64,000 nucleotides of DNA from NCBI GenBank assembly GCA_964462175.1, contig CAYWXA010000001.1:9251-73250 (forward strand), given 5' to 3'. Below, one piece after another: positions 57,203 to 64,000 of the stretch. Under the pieces are notes generated by a model. The model searched no databases and was not told the DNA's origin. It worked only from the letters and a program-made list of their open reading frames with translations. How positions within the stretch are numbered: position 1 is the first letter of the stretch; each line of letters starts with the position of its first letter. Made by a program: the position numbers and the translations under genes. Source of the DNA: an uncultured Oscillospiraceae bacterium. Lineage in GTDB: Bacteria; Bacillota; Clostridia; Oscillospirales; Ruminococcaceae.

Positions 57203-58093
57203 TTATGCCAATTTGTCGTTTGTGGGTCTGGGGTTGCGGAACTTACCGATGGTGAAGTTGACGTTTGATACATACGCAAACGTGTCGGGATACCGCATAA
57301 GAATATCCTTGAACTTGACGATCTCGTCTTTATTTACGATGCACAGGATAATGCTCTTTTCCGACTTAGTATATACGCCTTCGCCTTTGATAACCGTTGC
57401 GGAATGTCCGAGGTTTTCTATGATTGCACGGCTGACTTCTTCGGGTTTGGTAGTAACGATCTCGAATTTAACGGCAGCACGCGAGCCTTTAATAAATTTG
57501 TCGCTTATGGTGCCGGTGAAGAAGGAGAATATGATGCACATAATTACCGGTTCAAGATTGTGACCGAATACGAAGTAGGAAATGACTGCGACAGACGAAT
57601 TGAGCACGAATGCGATCCACACGAAATCAAAGGACGGATGGTATTTGTGGATAAGAGCCGCACACAGATCGGTTCCGCCCGAACAGCAATTGAACAAGAC
57701 GGCAATGCCGACGGTTGCGCCGCTTATGATACCCGCAATGATAGGACCTAAGATCGTGCTGGTTCCGCTTTCGGTGTAATACACGTAATCGGACAGATCG
57801 ACATATTCAAGCGCTACAAGAGATGCGGAAAACGTGCCCAAGAATATGAACGTCTTGAAAGCGAATTCCTTATCAACAAAAATGAACACCAGAATTATCA
57901 GCGGTATATTCAGAAGGATCGTCATATAACCTGCGTTGATTCCGAAAACGTGCTGAATAATCGTGGCAATTCCGTTGAAACCGGAGGGCGCAAAATTATT
58001 CGGGAAAACGAAGATAACGTATGACAAAGCGCTGAGCGCAGACAAAACGATCAAAAGGATATAGACCAAAATCTTTTTTGCAATATTTTTCAT
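57203..58093 (-). CDS. YitT family membrane protein (DUF2179 C-terminal domain)
   Basis: Five or six TM segments plus a soluble C-terminus (ATVIKGEGVYT...IVNKDEI) typical of YitT. Confidence 0.8.
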   Translation of the reverse strand: MKNIAKKILVYILLIVLSALSALSYVIFVFPNNFAPSGFNGIATIIQHVFGINAGYMTILLNIPLIILVFIFVDKEFAFKTFIFLGTFSASLVALEYVDLSDYVYYTESGTSTILGPIIAGIISGATVGIAVLFNCCSGGTDLCAALIHKYHPSFDFVWIAFVLNSSVAVISYFVFGHNLEPVIMCIIFSFFTGTISDKFIKGSRAAVKFEIVTTKPEEVSRAIIENLGHSATVIKGEGVYTKSEKSIILCIVNKDEIVKFKDILMRYPDTFAYVSNVNFTIGKFRNPRPTNDKLA

Positions 58094-58112
58094 TTAACAG
58101 ACCTCAAAACAA

Positions 58113-58799
58113 TTACATTTCAAAAGTTACCTTAGTGGTTGTGACGTGGGCATCGTCGTTAAGCTTGTCGATCCTCGGCAGGACGAAATGACCTACACGG
58201 GAAGGAATATCAATGACGGTTATTGACGTATAGTTCATTCCTATCGCTATGCAAGCGTAGGGAAATTCCCACCTGAGCAGCTTCGCCATTGCAGCGCTTC
58301 CCGCACCGCCGTGACTGAACAGCGCAACGGTGTCATTACATTCACGCTCGCAGAACCATTTGCCGTTCTTATAAGTATATCCAAATCGGCTCATCCAATC
58401 AACGAAGCCGTTTTGAACCTTTTCAACGCTGTCAATGACTTTGTTGTCTTTGAAATAAGGATGCTCACGCCAGGCGGGAGTCATAATATCAACGCCGAGA
58501 TTTTCATACAGCTCGTCGGCGGTATCCCAAGGGTGGCCGTCGTGGAAGATATCGGCTTCGGGAGTCGCTTCGCCCCAATGGAGCTCACGCATAAAATCCA
58601 AAGGTATAACGTCAAGTCCGATTTTGTCTGCAGTATACCGAGCCGTTTCAAAAGCTCTGCCGCAGGTCGATGAATAAATCTCCTTGATGCCTTTATCTTT
58701 TAATCGCTGCGAGCAAGCCTCCGCCTGAACTTTTCCGAGATCGGTCAAGCAGTCATCGGCATAATTCGGGTGACCGTGACGAACAAAGATTATCCTCAT
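58113..58799 (-). CDS. histidine phosphatase family protein (phosphoglycerate-mutase-like)
   Basis: N-terminal IFVRHGHPNY (RHG catalytic motif), with a second His in SHGG. Confidence 0.8.
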   Translation of the reverse strand: MRIIFVRHGHPNYADDCLTDLGKVQAEACSQRLKDKGIKEIYSSTCGRAFETARYTADKIGLDVIPLDFMRELHWGEATPEADIFHDGHPWDTADELYENLGVDIMTPAWREHPYFKDNKVIDSVEKVQNGFVDWMSRFGYTYKNGKWFCERECNDTVALFSHGGAGSAAMAKLLRWEFPYACIAIGMNYTSITVIDIPSRVGHFVLPRIDKLNDDAHVTTTKVTFEM

Positions 58800-59983
58800 T
58801 TTAGATTCTCCTTTTTGGAAACGGAAACTGCCTTATCCACAAACAGCGTCCATTTTACGACGGTTTTGCGGTCGTCAGGCATAAGATATAAAAGATGCTT
58901 ATCGTGATATACGTCAAATTCACGCTTAGGCGTATAGGGTGTGCCGCCGATGCTTTGGGTGGCTTTTTCAAATTCAAGAGGTTTTCCGAAAACTTCACCC
59001 TTGAAAACGAGCATATTCTCATCCAAAGAAATATGTGCCCGTCCGGCATTATAATCCATATTTCCCTTTTCGTCAAGTGCCCCGACGTCAATTTCCGATT
59101 CTAAGGGCAAGGAAAGATCAAGCGAATCTATCTGCCAATCAAACCAGCCGTTTACCGTTTCAAAACGGCAGCCGGAAAAACGCGAAAACGTATCGAGCGT
59201 CGTTTTAAATCCGCAATGGGTGCAACGAACCTCGCAGTTGTCCGCTTCAAGAGTGAACTCACTTTCACACTCGGGACATTTATACAAAATTCCGTCAAGA
59301 CCCAAGGTCGTATCCTTAACCTTGAATTCACGGCCGCAGGCGGCTTTTTCATCATCGTGCAAAATTGCGGCATCAATGATATTTTCTATCTCATCGACGG
59401 TGAGGTTCTTTATCTCATCGGCATCGAGAAGCTTTGAAGATATTACCTCCACCTCGCCCTTTCGCATAACGCCCGACCACTTGGGATGCAAAAGCGACGC
59501 TCCGTTAGCGGTGACACAATATACGTTTACGCCCAGCTTCTTGACAAGATGAGCGGTGCCTGCCGTGACGGGGTGAGATCGAGGGGCGGAATTGAGCCTG
59601 CCCTCAGGGAAAAGCGCAATTACGTTGCCCTCCTGCTTCGCACGCATAATGTTCATTATCGTTGAAGCATCGGGACAGAACATCTTTTTTGTGATGACGT
59701 GAGCGAGCTTGGTAAGAGCAAATCTCAAAAGAGGCTTCGCCATAAAATGCTCGCTAACGACGAAGGTCAAGCGTTTGGGATATGCACTTGAACCGACGAA
59801 CACGGGATCGTAAGCACAGGTATGAGGGCAAAGGAGAAGCGCCGGCCCCTCAAGCTCATCAAGTGCGGAATTGTCATATTTTACCTTGACGCCTTTAAAG
59901 AAGAACATTATCTTGCAGATGTGATATGCAAGAAAATATACGGCACGGGAAGGCTTGCCTATCGTCTTGCGTTTTTTGCTCAT
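58796..59983 (-). CDS. lysophospholipid acyltransferase (LPLAT/PlsC-like) with C-terminal zinc-ribbon domain
   Basis: HX4D motif HTCAYD, FPEGR block, and CPECE..x..CTHCG four-Cys ribbon. Confidence 0.8.
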   Translation of the reverse strand: MSKKRKTIGKPSRAVYFLAYHICKIMFFFKGVKVKYDNSALDELEGPALLLCPHTCAYDPVFVGSSAYPKRLTFVVSEHFMAKPLLRFALTKLAHVITKKMFCPDASTIMNIMRAKQEGNVIALFPEGRLNSAPRSHPVTAGTAHLVKKLGVNVYCVTANGASLLHPKWSGVMRKGEVEVISSKLLDADEIKNLTVDEIENIIDAAILHDDEKAACGREFKVKDTTLGLDGILYKCPECESEFTLEADNCEVRCTHCGFKTTLDTFSRFSGCRFETVNGWFDWQIDSLDLSLPLESEIDVGALDEKGNMDYNAGRAHISLDENMLVFKGEVFGKPLEFEKATQSIGGTPYTPKREFDVYHDKHLLYLMPDDRKTVVKWTLFVDKAVSVSKKENLK

Positions 59984-59996
59984 TTACTCATCTCCG

Positions 59997-61255
59997 TTAA
60001 ACAGATGCTGCTTTTACCGCTTTATTCAGCTTATACAATTCTTCCGTCGCAAGCCTCGTTTTCGCAACGATATCACGGTCGGTCTGCGGGAAGCAATAAT
60101 AAAACGCTTTGCTGTCGCCTATGCATATCATATCACCGATCTCATACCAAAGATAATCGGAGTAAAGGCTGTATGATGCAGAAGGTTTGGTTTTGAAGTT
60201 TAACTGTCCGTCACATCCTGTAAGCTCAAAGCCGGATAAAGAATGTTTAAGTCTTCCCTCTCCCACTCTGTAGATGGCTTTTGTGTCAACACCCATGAGG
60301 ATCTCAACGGGAACGTCTAAACCGTAGGTTCCGTTTTCAAGCTCCGCCCTGACACATTCACGTTCCCATCTGTACCAATCGGGAATATGGTCGAATACGC
60401 TGACACCGTGCAAGGCATTCATATAACCGTTTTCCGTCAGCTCGTAAACTTTTCCACAGGTCGTGCAGGTAAGATGTATTCCTTCACCGACGGTAGAGCC
60501 TTCGCTCAGACAATGCGGACATTTATACAAAACTCTGTTAAGTCCGTCGGCACGGAAGCCCTCGGTGATCTTAACACCGTTTTCCTGCTGCCAACGGAAA
60601 TTGTCAAAGCTGAATTCACGGGAAACGACGCTGTTTATCTCAGCCTCCGACATATTATTGATGTCGTCGGGCGAGAGAAGATATTTAAATTCCGCAGAAA
60701 CGGGAATTTTCCTTATCTGCAGACCGTTATAAAGCGGATCACGGTGGAACGCTCCGTAGGTGCGGATCATCACGACGGGAATACCCAGCATTTTAGCGCA
60801 TTTTCCGATTGAATCGGGCAGCGGAGTTGCAGTGCCGTCAAAGGAATAGCTCGCTTCGGGGTACATAAGTATTGACGTGTGATTATGCTTTACAGCATAA
60901 AGCATATCACGGACAAGGCGTATATCGGTTATAAATTTTCTTGCGGGAATACAGCCGATCAGCCTCATTAATAGATTCATTCCGACGAAAGCATCGGTGG
61001 TCGTTACGATGTTAACGGGACGGGGAAACAGAGTATATGACGCTATCATCAGATCCACGAAGGAGGAATGATTCATAAGATAAAGCGCAGGCTCATTTTT
61101 GCCGAGCTTCTCCATTCCTATCTTCTCGTACGTATAGTGCGTACCGATCAAGCCGAAAAAGGAAGCAACTTTGAGAATAAGTCTGAAAATGAAGTGAGGT
61201 TTGATAGGCTTATAATTTTTTCAGGGCGTAAGGCTGCAACTTCGCCGTAGCTCAT
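59997..61255 (-). pseudogene. LPLAT paralogue with zinc ribbon, N-terminal coding region interrupted by a frameshift in an A6 run
   Basis: HSSFVD (HX4D), YPEAS, CPHC..CTTCG. The N-terminal 13 codons from ATG 61255 are in another frame. Frames join at the T6 run on the plus strand (61216-61221). Confidence 0.6.
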
Positions 61256-61272
61256 ATTTTTAACTCTTATCT

Positions 61273-62031
61273 TCAAGAGATCACCTCGTCGTTTTGTCTT
61301 TTGAACAGAAGCTTTCTGCCGTCCTTGCCGCATTTTTGCACAACGCCGAGATATGAAAGAACGTTTAAAGCCGTGCCGGCGTGGGCGTAATCGATCTTTG
61401 AAGCTTTTGCAAAATCGGATACCGTGAATATCTGCGGCAAAGCTTCGGGAATGAAAAAGCTGTAATCATCGGGAGAGTCTAACGAAAGAATCTCGCCAAG
61501 CTCCAAAGGAACACGTTCAAGTCGGGTCGAACGGTATTTTCTGTTTTTTCCGTAACCGTCAAGATTGCGGTATTCCTCCAGATCGCAGAGAAGGATCTTT
61601 ATATGCAGGTTTTGCCAGTCTAAAAAATACTTTATCTTATACAGCTCATAGAACGCATCTATGAACCTGCCTTTTTTGGGCGAACGGCGGCGATTCGTTA
61701 CGTCGCCGGTTTGGTTGTCTATCCAAATGAGATATTTTACTCTCGGCAGAGGCAAAACCACCGTTACGTCATAACCCTCAAGCAGATAAAACTCAAGCTT
61801 ATCACGCAGTCTGTTGAAAGCACGGTTCTGGATCTCGACGATCTTGCCGTCACGGCAGATATCTGCTGTATACGAACCGATCGCAACCTCGTGATAATCG
61901 CTATCCGGCTCGTAGAAATGCTTTAAAAGCGCATGAAGATATTTTTCGCTTAGCGTTCCGACTCCCCCGCTTATATGCAACGAATCGGGCGGCAGAGATA
62001 AAAGTTCATTGAACCGTTCTTTATCAGTCAC
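61273..62031 (-). CDS. hypothetical protein, possible PD-(D/E)xK-like nuclease fold with C-terminal wHTH
   Basis: The ORF is open to 62175 but overlaps the upstream gene. GTG 62031 (GGTGA SD) is preferred. Motif ..ADICRDGKIVEIQNRAF.. The start is uncertain. Confidence 0.5.
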   Translation of the reverse strand: MTDKERFNELLSLPPDSLHISGGVGTLSEKYLHALLKHFYEPDSDYHEVAIGSYTADICRDGKIVEIQNRAFNRLRDKLEFYLLEGYDVTVVLPLPRVKYLIWIDNQTGDVTNRRRSPKKGRFIDAFYELYKIKYFLDWQNLHIKILLCDLEEYRNLDGYGKNRKYRSTRLERVPLELGEILSLDSPDDYSFFIPEALPQIFTVSDFAKASKIDYAHAGTALNVLSYLGVVQKCGKDGRKLLFKRQNDEVIS

Positions 62032-62482
62032 GTCTATCACCGCGCTCACGAATATAGTCGTCGAGAATCTTTGCGGCGTTTCTGCATATCTGCGCACAGG
62101 GACGCTTGGCATAGTATTCATCCGTTCTCGGCGCAACATCGGGACCGTCAGGCGCAGAAAGCCCCAATATCTCACGGCAGACGACCGAAGAATTCTGTTC
62201 TTTGAATCTTTTCGCCAGCTCCTGAACGAGTGCGTAATGCTCGCTCTTTGCGTTATAATCGTTTGGAGCCGTATATCCGTAAATACAGCCGGCAGCCATA
62301 ATTATTGCGCTGAATGCGCCGCAGACCTCACGAAGCCTGCCCATTCCCCCGCCGAACGACGAAGAAAGCAATAGAGAAGTATCAAGATCTAAGCCTGTCA
62401 GATCGCAGAATGCCGAGAAAACCGACTGAGCGCAATTATAGCCTTTATAGAAGTTATCGTATGCAATTTGAGAATGATCCAT
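62024..62482 (-). CDS. C_GCAxxG_C_C family protein (putative redox-active)
   Basis: YKGYNCAQSVF, GGGMGRLREVCGAFSAIIMAAGC, and C-terminal CAQIC. ATG 62482 follows GGAGG. Confidence 0.7.
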   Translation of the reverse strand: MDHSQIAYDNFYKGYNCAQSVFSAFCDLTGLDLDTSLLLSSSFGGGMGRLREVCGAFSAIIMAAGCIYGYTAPNDYNAKSEHYALVQELAKRFKEQNSSVVCREILGLSAPDGPDVAPRTDEYYAKRPCAQICRNAAKILDDYIRERGDRRD

Positions 62483-62516
62483 ATGAACCTCCGTCTTGCT
62501 GTATACATAATAGTAA

Positions 62517-62545
62517 ATTTTATCATATTTTCCGACATAATTCAA
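62517..62545 (-). promoter_or_regulatory. sigma-A promoter for the C_GCAxxG gene
   Basis: Minus strand: TTGAAT, 17-nt spacer, TAAAAT. Confidence 0.5.
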
Positions 62546-62566
62546 GGAGTATCAGCCTGAATGTGC

Positions 62567-62605
62567 ATAAAAATTGCCGCCCGACCGTATCGGCCAAGCG
62601 GCAAA
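62567..62605 (-). terminator. rho-independent terminator after the GH115-like gene
   Basis: TTGCCGC / GCGGCAA outer stem, followed by UUUUUAU on the minus strand. Confidence 0.65.
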
Positions 62606-62612
62606 TCTGAAA

Positions 62613-64000
62613 TTATTCTGTAAAGTAGCTCTCACGGGGACCGATGTATGTTTTTCCGGGTGCCTTGCCCTTGGGATACATCACGATTCTCTCAATGATG
62701 ATATTGGGATCTCCGCCGTAAAGCTTGAGCGTGTTCACGCCGTTTTGAACATTAAGGCTTGCCTTACTGATTCTCAGAACGTCGAGGATCTCCTTGTTCC
62801 ATTCACGGCAGTTTCTTGCTTTATAATTCTCTGCAATGGTGGAATGAACGACGATCTCTGAATCGTTCACGCTATAGCCTAAGCGCATTTTTGCGTCGAT
62901 CGCAACGGGATTACGGTTGGAAAGATAAAGCTCCATTTCCCATTCGCCGCCCTGTTCGGTTGCGAAGGTGTATTCAACGCAGGGAACGTTTTCAACCGTG
63001 AACTTGCCGTCAGCATCCAAAAGCTGAGCTGTTGAGGGCAAGACCTTGAGCGCAGGACGGTCAACTCTGGAAAGATGGTCGATAAGTGTCCAAGCGCAGT
63101 TATCGCCTTCATTGGTAGCGCTGAAGTGTTCAGCATCCATAGCGATATAACCCTCGGTATCTACGAAGGTCATAGGAGCGTAATCGTAATTTCCGCCGAA
63201 AGCGGTTACGAACAGCTTAGCACGGGCGGTATCTGAGCCCTTGAATCTGCATTCGACAACGATCGAAGCGGTTTCTTCGCCGGAGATCTTTGATCTGTCG
63301 CACGTTACGTTTACGGATGTCATACCGTCAGCAGGGGTGATGACGCCGCTTGTATTTTCAAAGCTGAGCCAATCCTTATCGCAGATGATCTTATATTCGA
63401 TGTCGATGGATGAACCGGATTCAATATTAACGGTGATATGATCGGTATCGGGGCGCATAAACTCACGGTTGTGAACGGGTCTTGAGTTGTGCCAGAATCT
63501 GCCGATGGTGAAAGGCTCGTATCCTGCAAAGGAAACGTATACCTTTGTGGTGGGAACGGGAACGACCTCGGAAACCGTAGGATATGACCAATCCTCAGCG
63601 CACCAGCAATTAAATCCCGTATGTGCAGAGTCCATCATATGTACCCACTTGCCGTCAAGAATACTGTCAAACTGATTTCTGAGCTCATAGTCACGTGCAG
63701 AACGGACTTTAACACAGTCAAGATACTTGTTTGCAGCAAGCGAACCGTGAGAAGCATAATGGCGGTTAAGCGCCGCTTCAACGTGCATCTGGACGAAGTT
63801 CAAAGATGCAACGGTGGGATAATAAAGCATTGTGAATACAGATGCCTTGATTCCCTCGGGAGCTTCACGGTAAAGCTTTTCTGCAAGGTCGATCAAGTTC
63901 TGGCACTCGTTCCAAACACGCTCACCCTCACGGAAGTTGACAGGAGAATAAATGAACGAATTCATAGATTCGGGTGTGCGAAGGTTGTTGAACTTGGTGT
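62613..64000 (-). CDS. glycoside hydrolase family 115-like protein, C-terminal part (5' end outside the window)
   Basis: The frame stays open through 64000. The helical-bundle region (..LYYPTVASLNFVQMHVEAALN..GKWVHMM..) and the beta-sandwich tail resemble GH115 alpha-glucuronidases as I recall them. Confidence 0.5.
   Translation of the reverse strand, partial: TKFNNLRTPESMNSFIYSPVNFREGERVWNECQNLIDLAEKLYREAPEGIKASVFTMLYYPTVASLNFVQMHVEAALNRHYASHGSLAANKYLDCVKVRSARDYELRNQFDSILDGKWVHMMDSAHTGFNCWCAEDWSYPTVSEVVPVPTTKVYVSFAGYEPFTIGRFWHNSRPVHNREFMRPDTDHITVNIESGSSIDIEYKIICDKDWLSFENTSGVITPADGMTSVNVTCDRSKISGEETASIVVECRFKGSDTARAKLFVTAFGGNYDYAPMTFVDTEGYIAMDAEHFSATNEGDNCAWTLIDHLSRVDRPALKVLPSTAQLLDADGKFTVENVPCVEYTFATEQGGEWEMELYLSNRNPVAIDAKMRLGYSVNDSEIVVHSTIAENYKARNCREWNKEILDVLRISKASLNVQNGVNTLKLYGGDPNIIIERIVMYPKGKAPGKTYIGPRESYFTE

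Noticed and set aside
61148-61333. 61-aa minus-strand ORF as an independent gene
   Set aside because: It is better explained as the out-of-frame N-terminal piece of the frameshifted acyltransferase plus read-in from the upstream gene's 3' end.
1-64000. Scan for CRISPR arrays, tRNA/rRNA genes, IS elements or transposases, integrases, prophage or known defence-system genes
   Set aside because: I saw no regularly spaced direct repeats and no tRNA-like T-arm or acceptor patterns. No ORF had transposase, integrase, reverse transcriptase, Cas or other typical defence domains. The window is almost entirely housekeeping.

Overview
The window reads as core chromosome of a low-GC, spore-forming Clostridia member. 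The lineage is probably Oscillospiraceae/Ruminococcus-like. That inference rests on a dockerin-bearing surface protein, an ispH-rpsA fusion and the sporulation genes ylmC, ylzJ, tepA and spoIIIE/ftsK. About 58 protein genes are supported. They include the pyrH-frr-uppS-cdsA-dxr-rseP-ispG-polC block, rpsB-tsf, der-plsY-gpsA, yceD-rpmF, pgi, mtaB, PBP1A, cmk/plsC, ygiQ, uppP, aconitase-icd-rex, and a partial GH115-like gene at the right edge. I saw no rRNA, tRNA, CRISPR array, transposase, integrase or prophage. I found no recognisable defence island and make no claim of a confirmed new system. The best candidate for something uncharacterised is the minus-strand operon at 972-6333. It encodes two ABC half-exporters with zinc-ribbon N-terminal modules flanking a DUF1854-like gene. 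A consensus promoter, a 28-codon leader ORF and a strong intrinsic terminator precede it, which looks like an attenuator. Other observations: Shine-Dalgarno-occluding hairpins before two sporulation-type genes; a DD-carboxypeptidase homologue with all three catalytic motifs replaced; a homopolymer frameshift in one of two tandem zinc-ribbon acyltransferases; a cmk-plsC fusion; an HPr-like protein lacking His15. All family assignments come from motif recognition by eye; no searches were run.
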